From assembly GCF_006345805.1 (NCBI RefSeq), contig NC_042997.1, positions 163,184,001-163,248,000 of the forward strand: a DNA stretch of 64,000 nucleotides, written 5' to 3'. The first letter of the stretch is position 1, and the number at the start of each line of letters is the position of its first letter. The notes under the pieces are model-generated. The model was not told the DNA's origin. It saw only the letters and a list, made by a program, of their open reading frames with translations, and made no database searches. Both the position numbers and the translations under genes were made by a program. Positions 24,350 to 36,129 of this stretch are shown piece after piece. This DNA comes from Octopus sinensis (lineage: Eukaryota).

Positions 24350-24915
24350 ATTTCATCACCATCATCTTCATCATTTAGCATCTGTTGTCCATGCTGGCAT
24401 GAGTTCGACAGTTTGAACAGGGCTGATAAACTGAGGGGCTGCACCAGACTTCAGTCTGATTTGGCATGGTTTCTACAGCTGGATGCCCTTCCTAACACCA
24501 ACCACTCTAAGGGTGTAACTGATGCTTTTACCAGATACCAGCACGGATGCCAGTTTTGTGACACCAGTATCTGCCACAACTACAATTTCACTTGGCTAGA
24601 TGGGTTTCCTTCTCAAGCACAGCATATTGCCAAAGGTCTCATTACATGTCATTACCTCCGTGAGGCCCAATGCTCAAAAGGCACTTTTTACATGCCACTG
24701 GCATGGGTGCTAGTTATGCAACACAAGCATCGACCACATTGCTTCCATGAAGCCCAACACTCAAAAGTTACTTTTAATGTGCCACCGGCATGGGTGTCAG
24801 TTATGTGACTCCAACAATGGCCACAACTATGATTTCACTTGGCTTGATGGGTCTTCTTAAGCATGGAATATCGCCAAAGGTCTCAGTCACTAGTCATTGC
24901 CTCCATTAGGCCTAG
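24350..24915. mobile_element. RTE-tail SINE, family D, extended with internal repeats
   Basis: catcttcatcatttagcatctgttgtccatgctggcatgag...ggatgcccttcctaacaccaaccactct, followed by duplicated caact(a/g)tgatttcacttggct.gatgggt units. Confidence 0.8.
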
Positions 24916-24961
24916 TGCGTGTGTTTATGTATATACAACAGACACACACACATATTCCTTT

Positions 24962-25526
24962 TTTTTTTTTATTCATTTCAGTCTTTTGATTGCAGCCATG
25001 TTGGGGCACTGCTTTGATGGGTTTTAGTCAAATTAATCAACCCCAGTACTTTTTCTCTTTAAGTCTGGTACTTATTCTATCAGTCTCTTCTGCTGAACTT
25101 CTAAGTTACAAGGACATAAACAAACCAACTCCAGTTGTCAAGATGTAATTTGGAACAAACACAAACACAAAAACTCAATCACACACAATATATATATATA
25201 CATGCACACACCTGCAAAGGACTGCTTTCAGTTTCTGTCAACCAAATCCACACACAAGGCTTTGGTTGGCCCAAGGCTTTGGTTGGTCCAAGGCTCTGGT
25301 CAGTCCAAGGCTTTGGTCAGCACAATACTCTTTATTCCCCCATCAGTGCTTGACAACTGGTGTTTGTATGTTTATGTCCTCATAACTTAGTGGTTTGGCA
25401 AAAGAAACCAATAGAATAAGTACTAGGCTTAAGAAATAAGTCCTGGAGTCAATTTGTTTGACTAAAACCCTTCAAGGTGGTGCTTCAGCATGGACACAGT
25501 GAAATGACTGAAACAAGTAAAAGAGT
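24962..25526. mobile_element. Inverted pair of SINE family A pieces (minus copy 24962-25325, plus tail 25335-25526)
   Basis: tttcagtc...ttattctatcagtctctt...aagttacaaggacataaac...gttgtcaag versus cttgacaac...gtttatgtcctcataacttag...aatagaataagtact...gactgaaac. Confidence 0.85.
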
Positions 25527-25602
25527 AATTACATGAGGTGGATGCCAGCAAAATTACATAGGCCTCATGGGCATGTTATTATGCAAAAGAATGACAACTC
25601 AC

Positions 25603-25613
25603 CTCCAACAGAT
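25603..25613 (-). CDS. Candidate 11-nt microexon ATCTGTTGGAG
   Basis: Minus strand reads ttttccttgtattcttgtctcag|ATCTGTTGGAG|gtgagt, with a canonical acceptor and a consensus donor. Confidence 0.3.
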
Positions 25614-26322
25614 CTGAGACAAGAATACAAGGAAAATTCCTTTAAGTACCACATTCTAGATTGTGCAGGAATGGACTTACCCAACTTTAAAAATCTTCTC
25701 CTTCTTTAAAATGCTTGGACTTTTTCACCCAATTGAGAATAATTAGAGAAAAACAATTCATTAACAAATATTTAGTCAATACATATATTCATAAAGAATT
25801 CTATTATTCAATTCAATAGAATTATTGACACAAAAATAATTCCTTCTTTAAAACAACAAATTCTCAAAAACCAAAACACACACACACACCACAAAGCAAA
25901 TGAAAAATAATTCCTTCCAGACCCTTTCAATAAAATTCTAGACCCCATTTAGTACAATATATACATGCAGCTGACCATATTCTAAATAAAAAAAAAGAAA
26001 TAAAAAATAAAGCAAAACAGACACACACAGCTGACCATATCCTGAATAGAAATTTGCTATTCAGTTCAACAGAATTCTTTGCAACTCAATAGAATTTCTG
26101 ACATTTGACCTTATGAACTCCATCCCAGACTCCTACACAAACAACATATATAAGAGACTCTAAGACAAAACTTTAAACATGTTCTTAACTATGAACAAAA
26201 TATGAGAACAAACTGTTTTTAATTTTCAATTCTTTCTTATATCCTAATTTTTTCTAATTTCCTTATTTTTGACTTTGAATTTTTAATATTTGATAAGATG
26301 ACATACATATTGAAACTGGTAA

Positions 26323-28031
26323 TCTATATATATATAAAACAAAGGATGTGCATTTGTGTGTGTGTGTGTGTGTGTGTGTCTATGTCTGTGTGTATAGTAT
26401 TTATTCATTTCTAGTTTTCAACTGATTTTCACCAAACTTTACACACACATTACTTAAGTGCCAAGGATGGCCAGAGCTCCTGCATAAAGCAAGAAACCAG
26501 GAAGAATGGTGTTTCACACAGGTTTTTCTCTAAAAACTTCTGCAGTTTTCAACCAATTCTCTCCTTTTTCTCTCTGTTTATTTCTCTCTTCTCTCTCTTT
26601 TTCTCATTCTCTGTTTCTCTTGCTTACACATATTCTCTCTCACCCTCTGTAATAGTTCCTCTCTTTTAGTCAATGTCTGTTCCTTTCTCTCTCTTTCCCT
26701 TTAACTCACACACTTACAAACTTCTGTCTACAAATTGTCTTCTGTGTAATTCAATTAATCGTGCATAAAAATCTCTGTTGTTACGGTTCTTGTACATTAG
26801 TTATTTTCAATTCTTTTTTCACCCAGTGTGTTTAAATTCACTTTTGCCACATCTGCCTAAAAACTGACTTCAGTGTATTTCAGTTTTGTTGTGTGTAAAT
26901 ATCTTTATCTTTACGGTATTTGTACGTTCTCCCTACAACATTACTTATTTAAAATTTTTTGCAGTCCGTCTATTTAAATACATTATTTACATTTCTCCCT
27001 CTATCAAAAAACGTTGTGCATGTGGTCATACATGCATATGTATGACAGCTATTGGCCACATACAGCCGATAAACCATTATTGCTAACCAATGAGATTTCT
27101 ATCACACCACTGAGAGGTCATGCATTAGAAAAAGCTATCCTAAAGTGGTTCAAGTTTTTTCACTCAAGCTAATTTCTTCTAGAGCTTTATACACTCAAAC
27201 GGGGTTTGTAAGCTCTGTCTACAAATTGACTTCCTTGTCTATATATATAAAATTCTTTTTCTGTCAGTCTGTTCCCTATGCATCCTCAAAAGGCTTGACC
27301 AAATCAAATCAAATTTTACAAGGTATCAGACCCTGTGAGTGTCAACATGTAATTTTTCTTTTCATTTGGATCAAAACAATATAACATTGGCACTGGTTCG
27401 GTATTACATGTTAAAAGTGAAAGAATATGATCTATATTGTTGTGTCAGTGTATGTGTGTTGACTGACATAACAAACGGCTGAAGGTGAAACTCTTGACAA
27501 AAAACAATTAGGTGGCAGATCCATGGTATACACATTTACCATTCAATTACCAGTTCATAATTATCGCAGCAGTTGCAAGGTTGCAAGGTATTTACAATTA
27601 CATATTTACTCTTAAATTAATGGGGTCTCAATAGATAAGGGAGATGAGACTTTACCAAGATCAGCAAATGCATGCTGCAGTACATCAAATGGATTCCCAA
27701 GACAGAAGCGAGATGAGACTTTCCCAACATCAGCAAAGGCATGCCACAGCACATTAGATGGAGTCCGAGGAGAGAAGTGAGATGAGACTTTCTCAAGATC
27801 AGCAAAGGTATGCACATACCCACCATCCCCAATTTTCCATGACAAGTTAGGGCCTGGAATACTCCAAATGGACACATGACATGTCACTTAGTCGAATTAG
27901 CCCATTATTTACTCCATAAATGTTTTGTCATCAATGCTGCACTTTCCCATATCACCGGTTTCAACATAACTGTAATATATATACAAACTATGCCATTTTT
28001 AATCCCGAACAACATCGGGTATCTCAGCTAA
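26323..28031 (+). mobile_element. Non-autonomous Helitron (about 1.7 kb)
   Basis: 5' end A|TCTATATATATATAAAAC followed by a (TG)n tract. 3' hairpin CCCGA-acaaca-TCGGG (28004-28019), then tatctcagCTAA (CTAG variant). Confidence 0.7.
27641..27820 (+). repeat. 69-bp (23-codon) tandem repeat, about 2.6 copies, inside the Helitron
   Basis: gagatgagacttt occurs at 27641, 27710 and 27779. The plus frame reads EMRLYQDQQMHAAVHQMDSQDRS / EMRLSQHQQRHATAH*MESEERS / EMRLSQDQQRYAHT. Confidence 0.9.
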
Positions 28032-28139
28032 CAAATATAAAAATATCTTTATACATACTTCTTTCCCCATTTACTTTTTAACTATAACTTTTGACTTATA
28101 TTGATTCTTAACCTCTTTTCAACTATATATATATATATA

Positions 28140-28375
28140 ATACCATTTGAGCGTGAGCGTTGTCAGTACCGCCTGACTGGCCCTCATGCCAGTGGCACAG
28201 AAAAGCACCCACTACACTCTCGGAGTGGTTGGTGTTAGGAAGGGCATCTAGCTGTAGAAACTCTGCCAGATCAGATTGGAGCCTGGTGTAGCCATCTGGT
28301 TCGCCAGTCCTCAGTCAAATCGTCGAACCCTTGCTAGCATGAAAAGTGGACATTAAACAATGATGATGATGATGA
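28140..28375. mobile_element. RTE-tail SINE, family D
   Basis: Nearly colinear with 9425-9645 and ends gtggacattaaacaatgatgatgatg. Confidence 0.9.
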
Positions 28376-28393
28376 TATATATATATATATATG

Positions 28394-28780
28394 TTCTTTT
28401 ATTCTTTTATACATTTCAGTCATTTTGACTGCAGCACTGCCTAAAGAGTTTTAGTCAAAGAAATCGACCCCAGGATTTATTCTTTGTAAGCGTAGTACTT
28501 ATTCTATTGGTCTCTTTTGCTGAACCACTAAGTTACAGGGACATAAACACACCAACATCGGTTGTCAAGCGATTGTAGGGGGACAAACACAGACACAAAG
28601 ACACATGACACACACATATATGTATGACAGGCCTTTTCAGTTTCCGTTTACCAAATCCACTCACAAGGCTTTGGTCGGCCTGAGGCTGTATTAGAAAACA
28701 CTTGCCCTGTGCCACTAAGTGAGACTGAACCTGGAACATTGTACTTTGGAAGCAAGCTTCTTACCACACAGCCATACCTT
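28394..28780 (-). mobile_element. tRNA-head SINE, family A
   Basis: Colinear with 6478-6870. Confidence 0.9.
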
Positions 28781-28820
28781 ATTATTTAAAGTTGTTTATT
28801 ATTGCCAGTCAGAGAGTGAC

Positions 28821-28900
28821 CGTTGGTTTTGCACCCATAAAGCGCTCAGCTGTATATACGATTCATCAGGCTCAAATGACCAATGGCACATAATGTCTCT
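28821..28900 (-). CDS. Candidate internal exon (RDIMCHWSFEPDESYIQLSALWVQNQ-R), product unknown
   Basis: Acceptor ttctctacctccatttatag| and one open frame; the donor is weak (CG|gtcact). Confidence 0.2.
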
Positions 28901-29035
28901 CTATAAATGGAGGTAGAGAACACCATGGTTACTTAGTAAACAAAAAATATTAAACTATATAAAATGTTTAAGCAGTGTTGCTATCGGCAGTATTATATTA
29001 TATTATATTACATCATATTATATTATGATATATTA

Positions 29036-29079
29036 TACACACACACACATGCACACACACACACGCACACACACACACA

Positions 29080-29150
<71 letters not shown>
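29036..29150. repeat. (CA)n microsatellite
   Basis: Directly visible. Confidence 0.97.
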
Positions 29151-29153
<3 letters not shown>

Positions 29154-29769
29154 AAAATTTGCATAATTAATTGCTGCAACTATGCAGTAAGAATGTAGTA
29201 GACGGAAGGATTTCAGTCGAGCTACAAGCTGTGAAAGAGGTGTGATGTTACGTGTTAGTGAGATATGAAGTATCTAATATAGAAAATTTGCAGAAACCAG
29301 AGAGATGGGAAGCAAGCATATAATGTTAGCTCACTTGAAAATAGAGAACTAGAAATAAGCTGTGAAGGTAGTTAGTCATAAAAGACATCAAAACTGATGT
29401 AATCTTAGAGAAGTAACTGCATTGGTAGATATATATGATGTAAATGTATGATGATTAGTGAATGATAAAAATGTTCTATATTGACAGTGGAAGGTATTAA
29501 TGGCCAAGAAATATTGTGGGAAGCATGATTAGAAAGTGGTGAGATTATAACTCAGGTTGCTAAGCCTCGTAAATTAGATAATTCAAGATTAAGATGCTTG
29601 ACTATATAGAGTTTTTATGCAGAACGATTCAACTCATGACAAGATGGTAAAATGGATTTTACAGCATTAATGGTGCCATGGAGAAAGCACCTGTCTTGCT
29701 GTCATGTAAAAAGCACCTATACCAGTGTGAGTAAAATGCACCTGCGCCAATATTGTTCCTTCTTGAGCC

Positions 29770-30292
29770 ATCCCTGGCTCATAAGGGCCGGTTTTCTGGT
29801 TTCCTTGGCATATAGGTTCCCCACCTGGACGGGACGCCAGTCTGTCACAGGTGAGCTGCAAGATGCAGGAGGAAAGAGTGAGAGAAAGTTGTGGCGAAAG
29901 AGTCAGCAGAAGTTCGCCATTACCTTCTGTCAGAGCTTTGTGGAGCTTAGGTGTTTTGCTCATAAACACACACACACCGTCTGGTCTGAAATTCGAACCC
30001 GCGATCCTTTGACCGTGTGTCCGCTGCTCTAACCACTAGGCCATGTGCCTCCACTAAAGCCTAGCCAGGCTCATGGGCCCAGTTTCCTGATTTCAATGGC
30101 ATATGTGTTCCCCAGCTGGACAGGATGCCAGTCCATCACAGAGTTACTCATTTATGCCAGCTGAGTGGACTGGAGCAACGTGAAATGAAGTGTTTTGCTC
30201 AAGAACACAATGCGTCGCCCAGCCCAGGAATCGAAACCACAATCTTACGATCATGATGCTGACACCCTAGCCACTAAGCCACGCACCTCCAC
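29770..30292 (-). mobile_element. Two adjacent tRNA-head SINEs, family C group
   Basis: The reverse complements start ggaggcacatggcctagtggttagagc...gggttcgaattt and ggaggtgcgtggcttagtggctaggg...ggtttcgattcc (A/B boxes). Both carry gactggc(g/a)tcc(c/t)gtccag. Confidence 0.88.
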
Positions 30293-30294
30293 TG

Positions 30295-30630
30295 TGTGCC
30301 AATATGACATAAAAACACTTGTGCCAGTACATAAAAATACCCATGCCAGTGCTACATAGTAAAATACCCATTCCAGTGCCATGTAAAAAGTACCCAGGCC
30401 AATGCTATATATAAAGCACTTGTGCTAGTGTCACATATAAGGCACCCGTGCTGGTGCCATGTGAAGAGCACGCAGTACACTCTGTAAAGGAAGGGCATCC
30501 AGCTGTAGAAAGTATACCAAAACAGACAAGTAGAGCGTGGGCAGCTCTCCCGCTGGCTGGTTCTTGTGAAACTGTCCAAACCATGTCAGCATGGAAAATG
30601 GGCGTTAAATAATGATGATGATGATGATGA
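30295..30630. mobile_element. RTE-tail SINE, family D, with about six short (about 23-bp) gtgcca.tacataaaa units
   Basis: Repeated (g/c)cagtgccatgtaaaaagtacc-like units at 30320-30480, then aagggcatccagctgtag...gcgttaaataatgatgatg. Confidence 0.8.
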
Positions 30631-30956
30631 ATGAACTACTGTGATATTATTGTAAATTCCACATTAAAGCTATGGGATTATTTCTCTTTACAAACATCTA
30701 GCCAAGACGGTAAACTTTACTAAGTTGGACATAGCCAAGTTTAGGAAATGTTAAGGAAATGGCAGAGTATCTGCCATTTCCTTAACATGTTCCAAACAAA
30801 ACATTTTTGGTGGGTTAAAAACGAAAGCAAAAATATACACATACATAGAAAATCTCAGGCAAACACAGAAACATAGAGAGAGACACAAATACATCCATAC
30901 ATACATACATGCATGCATGCATGCATACATACATACATACATACATACACATATAT

Positions 30957-31095
30957 AGGTGCAAGCATGGCTGTGTAGTAAGAAGCTTGTTTCTCAACCA
31001 CATGGTTCTCAGTTCAGTCCCACTGCATGGCACCTTGGGCAAGTATCTTCACTTGTAAGTGGATTTGGTAGATGGAAACTGAAAGAAGCCTATCA
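30957..31095 (+). mobile_element. SINE family A, 5' part
   Basis: ggtgcaagcatggctgtgtagtaagaagcttg...catggttctcagttcagtcccactgcatggcaccttgggcaag. Confidence 0.85.
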
Positions 31096-31098
31096 TAC

Positions 31099-31129
<31 letters not shown>

Positions 31130-31465
31130 CGTACGTATGTATGTATGTATGTATATATATGCGTGTGTATGTGTGTGTGTGTGTGTATATCTATGTGCAT
31201 GTATCTTGTGGTTGTGAAGCATGCTTCATACCGCACAGCCATTTCTGTGCCTGTATCTATCTATCTATCTCTCTATATATATAATACATTAAAAGTCAGT
31301 TTAAATTTTGTTTGCTTGCAGTGTTATTCAGCCAATCTGGCACATAATGGGAAAATGCTATGAATTAAGTTTAACCTGAAATGTTAATATGAACAGAATG
31401 AAACAAGTTTCACATAATTGGTAAAGTGGTTTTCGAGATATTAGAGATTTTCATGGTATAAATAC

Positions 31466-31511
31466 CTGAAATGGTACATAATGGGTAAATGTTCTGAAAA
31501 TAATCTTCATC
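31466..31511 (-). CDS. Candidate 46-nt exon (DEDYFQNIYPLCTIS-G/D), product unknown
   Basis: Acceptor gagtttctttcctttcag|, open frame, donor TCAG|gtattt. Confidence 0.3.
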
Positions 31512-31913
31512 CTGAAAGGAAAGAAACTCTTATCTTTCTATTAGACAGTGAGTTGACAACGAAAAAATTCGATTTTCGTTTTTGTACAGTAAATGTTTCT
31601 GTATTCGCTTTTGTTAAACACAATATTTTAATCATTTAGAAATATTTCTAAGTGAATGTGAATTCAAAAATGTAAGCTGTTTGTACAGCAAGTATTTATA
31701 TTTTAGCTTTCTTTAAACAGACAAAATTTTAATGTTTTTTAAAATTATTTTCAAGTGAATACCATAACAAAAATTTTTTTGGCATATTTAGAAAATATTC
31801 TAAAGTGAAAATGACTTTAAAATACAGTAAATATTTCATAAAAGACCCATTTGTAAACTCAGTGGGAAATAGTTCTTTTTCCATAGGTTTTTTTTTAGTG
31901 CATTTAACATATT

Positions 31914-32018
31914 TGGCTGTTATTTCTAGCACGCCCTGCAACCATGTAACAGCTATTTGTAATAAAGGACCTAAAATACCTGTCACGTGGTAGCAGGGCG
32001 TGCAAGAAATAGCAGCCA
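31914..32018. repeat. Imperfect inverted repeat (about 39-bp arms) of a dispersed ggctgctatttctagc family
   Basis: tggctgttatttctagcacgccctgc versus gcagggcgtgcaagaaatagcagcca (24/26). The same motif appears at about 41630, 43510, 43700, 46370 and 49000. Confidence 0.75.
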
Positions 32019-32569
32019 AATCTTTCCTTTTTCTGGGGAAAGGAGCCATTTACATGTGATTTCAATGTCACATTCATTGAAAGTATGTGAAATAACCTGG
32101 AAAAGAAAAAAAAACATGAAACAAAATTCCATTGCTGGGAAATTCATAGTTTTCTGGTGACCCAATAGGTAGTATAGTATACATATGTGTGTATGTATAT
32201 ATATATATATATATAAATATATATATATATAAAAGAGAGTTTGTGTGTGTGTGTGTGTGCATATGTTCCTTATGCATTTGAAAATAGTTGCCAATTCCGA
32301 CACATCAAAAGATTCAGTAATCTTTCAGTTACCAAATAAACTTTATTTTCATTTACATATTTTCTGTGTTATCTCAGCAACCAGCTAGAGTCATTTGAAA
32401 GACATTGCTGTACAACAACCAGGTTTCATTAGAAAGTGAAAATAGTTTCACACTTTCAATTTGAACTAGAATTACAAAGTGTTGCATTACAAGAGCGACG
32501 ATGTGTGAATAATGAAAGTAATGGTTCTTCAAATTAGTCATATCAGTACTATAATAAAGTTGCTTATCA

Positions 32570-34191
32570 TCTATATATATAAAAGAGAGTTTGTGTGTCA
32601 CTCACTATCTCTCTCTCTCACATGCACACATACATACAAATAAAAAAGATGTATGCATATGTATTTATGTACGTGTATATGACAGATGTGTGTGTGTGAG
32701 AAAGAGAGAGTGCCACTAACACATACATGCAAAAAAGTACATACATGACAACACACACCTTCACTCACTCTCTCTCTCTCATATACACGCACGCACACAT
32801 GTCAATTTCATATACTTGTACATACATGTTTCACTTTCTCCTCTCTTCAAAGCATAAAGAAATAAAAATTTTTTTACGGAAATTAACAATCATATGATCC
32901 CAATTGATTGAGAACTTTGTTGCTTCAAACAAAAGAATTCCATAAAATAACTTCTTTTGGCACACACATGCACACACACACACATGCACACACACACACA
33001 TACACACACACACACACACACATATACTCTAGGTAAAACTTCTGTATGAATTGTGTTATTTCTTGCTGTGTACAGATGCAAAATTACAGCTCAAATCCAA
33101 TTGAAATGAACTTTTTCTATTCTGTAATTCAGGTTTGTGATGAGCATATTTAAATACCTGATCTTTGATATAAACTTCAAAGAAAGTTTTCCCAGAAATC
33201 CTGTCCTTTACCTGTTGCTTCTAGCATGTCCAAGGTGACATTTGTGTGCCCCCCCCCCCCAACATTTTTTCCCCAAAATTTCTTCCGATTTCTATGTTTT
33301 TGATACAGGAGATTAGGATTTCACCCAAAAGACACATTTTCAATATTTCAATTTTCTCCCTCCCAACCCCAATTTCTACATTTTTAATTTTTTTCAAATT
33401 TTTTCTTGGTAATCCACTGGAGGTAAAAAACAGTGAGTACGAATCTTTAAGAATTTTCTTCTTCCTTTTTTCTTAAAGTAACACTAAAATCTTCTCAAAA
33501 TCCACCTATCACCTCACTACTTTCAATAAGCTACAAACTCCCAATGTTTCACTTTTAGCTTTTTGGAAAGTGGGGAAGTTTCTTCAGAAATAATGTCATT
33601 TACCTGCTGTTTCTAGCATGTTAGGTATTCTGGTGGTGGTCTGGTATTTTTCTATGTCTGCTACTTCAGTACAATTCTACGCATGTGTGAAACATCAAAT
33701 GAAAGTAAAACACTGCGAGGTTTTAGCTTTTTGAAAGCATGTAGGTGATGGATGGGCAAGATGGGGGAAGAGACATTGAGTGTTTCTTTAAGAAAAATTA
33801 AACTTCAAAAAAAAAATATTCGCCAGATTTGTAATCTCTGTATTTTTCTATGTGGATAAAAAAAGCTACAAATTAATGAATTGCAGGGGGGGGGGGGTTT
33901 AAAATTTTGAAAACGTGATTTTTGAGAAAATCATATTACCCCCCAACCCTGTTATACGATGAAACAATACATAGTTTATGATCCTTCTTAAGTACAGAAA
34001 ACACTTTCATGCAAATCCATGCAAATTGTACCCGCTCCACCCTTTACTTTTAAGCAAACAATAACTTCCTTTACACCAGGAATCCAGTTCACTATATATC
34101 AGCTGTGCCAATTCTACCCGTAAGAAAGGAAGAAATAATACAATGTGGCTGTAGGTCATAACACCTGGGAAATGCCAGCATGCATTGCTAG
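32570..34191 (+). mobile_element. Non-autonomous Helitron-like element (about 1.6 kb)
   Basis: A|TCTATATATATAAAAGAGAGTTTGTGTGT at the 5' end; short hairpin CTGG-gaaatg-CCAG (34165-34178) followed by CTAG|T (34188-34192). A second copy of the 5' motif lies at about 32220-32260. Confidence 0.55.
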
Positions 34192-34239
34192 TGTGTATAT
34201 ATATATCTGCATATAGCTGATAGCTTCTGTTATCTAGGT

Positions 34240-34800
34240 GATCAAGTCAGTAGCAGAAGTGGATGTTCCAAGAGTGTAGCTGGTAGAATAAGAATAGGCT
34301 GGGCAAAGTTAAGAGAACTCCTACCTCTGTTGGTAACAAAGGGCCTCTCTCTCTCAGAGTGAAAGGCAGACTGTATGATGCCTGTGTGTGAACAGCCATG
34401 CTACATGGCAGTGAAACATGGGCTGTGACTGTCAAGGACATGCATAGGCTTGTAAGAAATGAAGCTAGTGTGCTTTGTTGGATGTGCAATGTTAGTGTAC
34501 ATGTACAGCAGAGTGTAAGTCTCTTGAGAAAAAAGCTGGGTTTATGAGACATCAAATGTGGTGTGCTAGAGAGATGACTGTGCTGGTATGGTCATATGAT
34601 GCATATGGATGAGGACAGCTGTGTAAAAAAAGTGCCAGTCTCTAATTGTGGAGGGAACCTGTGGAAGAGGTAGACCCAGGAAGACATGAGACAAGGTGGT
34701 GAAGCATGATCTTCGAATATTGGGCCTCAAGGAGGCAATGACAAGTGACCAAGATCTTTGGGGATATACCATGCTCAAGAAGACCCATCAAGCCAAGTGA
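34240..34800 (+). mobile_element. RTE-clade LINE 3' fragment
   Basis: Encodes LVTKGLSLRVKGRLYDACV-TAMLHGSETWAVT...WYGHMMHMDEDS...GRGRPRKT, with stops and frameshifts. Confidence 0.9.
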
Positions 34801-35439
34801 AACCACAGTCGTGGTTGATGGTGTCACATATCAGGCACCTTTTCTGGTGACACATAAAAAGCACCCTTCAAACATTGGGCCTCACAGAGGTGAAAAGAAA
34901 CTAAGACCTTTGACAATATGCTGTGCTTGAGAAAACTCATGAAACCAAGTGAAATCGTAGTTGTGGCTGATGACAGTACCACATAAGTGACACCTCATGC
35001 TGGTGACATGTAAAAAGCATCCATTACACTCTTTGAGTGGTTGGTGTTAAGAAGGGCATCCAGCCATAGACACCATGCCAGCAAGGAAAGCAGATGCTAA
35101 ATGATGATGATGAGGATTACATGCACACAAGTGTGAGTGTATGTATACACACAGATATGTATATATACATACATATATATACACACACACATATATATAT
35201 ATACACACACACGTATAGACAGACAGATAGATAGAGATATTACATAAACATATAATTTACACACATACTTATATGATGGCAAGCTATGCAAGTTTGGTAA
35301 AAAGTCTGCCAGAATAAATACCTTGACTACATAATTTGATCACATGATAATCAGTTGAACTTTCCATGAATGGAGGCTTTAAATACAGCATTTTAGTATG
35401 AAAAAAGCAGAGTGAATTCAGACCCCGTTCAGTTCAGTC

Positions 35440-35690
35440 CTGGTCAGTAATACTACAGACCTTCCCTCAGGGGTTACATATGACACGGTACAGCAAAACC
35501 TATAAGACAGGGCTGAAAAAGCAAGAATCCAACAAGAGAGAATTGGAAAACAGCAGCCCAGAGTTAAGAACAATGGGGAAGTCATCATTCATCTATGTTC
35601 CACAGGGAGTCAAGGATGTAATTGAGTACTTCCCTAATGGAACTTTTAATATGCAGATGATGCCATGGACACAGTGACTTCAGTAGATTA
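35440..35690 (+). mobile_element. Highly decayed LINE RT fragment
   Basis: VPQG (35597-35608) and YADD (35650-35661) lie in different frames with shortened spacing. Confidence 0.4.
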
Positions 35691-35699
35691 ATTGCACAC

Positions 35700-35965
35700 A
35701 ATTACTAACATTTTCACTTACATGCTGGTACCACATAAAAAGCACCCAGTACATTCTGTAAAGTGGTCGGCATTAGGAAGGGCATCCAGCCATAGAAACC
35801 ATGCCAAAACAGATGATTGGAGCCTGGTGCAGCCTTCTGGCTTGCCAGCTCTTCTCACAAAGTTTCGGTTGACCTGAGGCTATAGTAGAGGACACTTGCC
35901 CAAGGTGCCACAAAGTGGGACTGAACCTGGAACCATGTGGTTGGGAAGCAAGCCTCTTACCACGC
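35700..35965. mobile_element. Chimeric SINE D fragment joined to a SINE A head (minus)
   Basis: gcattaggaagggcatccagccatagaaaccatgcc... is directly followed by ttgacctgaggctatagtagaggacacttgcccaaggtgccac...gggactgaacctggaaccatgtgg. Confidence 0.8.
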
Positions 35966-36129
35966 ACGCATGCACCTTGTTGAAGATAGGTTACATTTAC
36001 AGAGCCAGTCAAAACCCACACTGTACTCATTTTATGCTACTGGAGTGATTCAAAGAAATATACCTTCAGCAGGAAAATCAATCAGCTTAACGAACCAACA
36101 AGGGACCTGTACATGGTCACTCAGCTTAC

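Noticed and set aside
29770-30292. Possible tRNA genes (A and B boxes present), also at 52506 and 60831
   Set aside because: The boxes are followed by SINE bodies, and no complete cloverleaf or acceptor stem could be drawn. They are tRNA-derived SINE heads.
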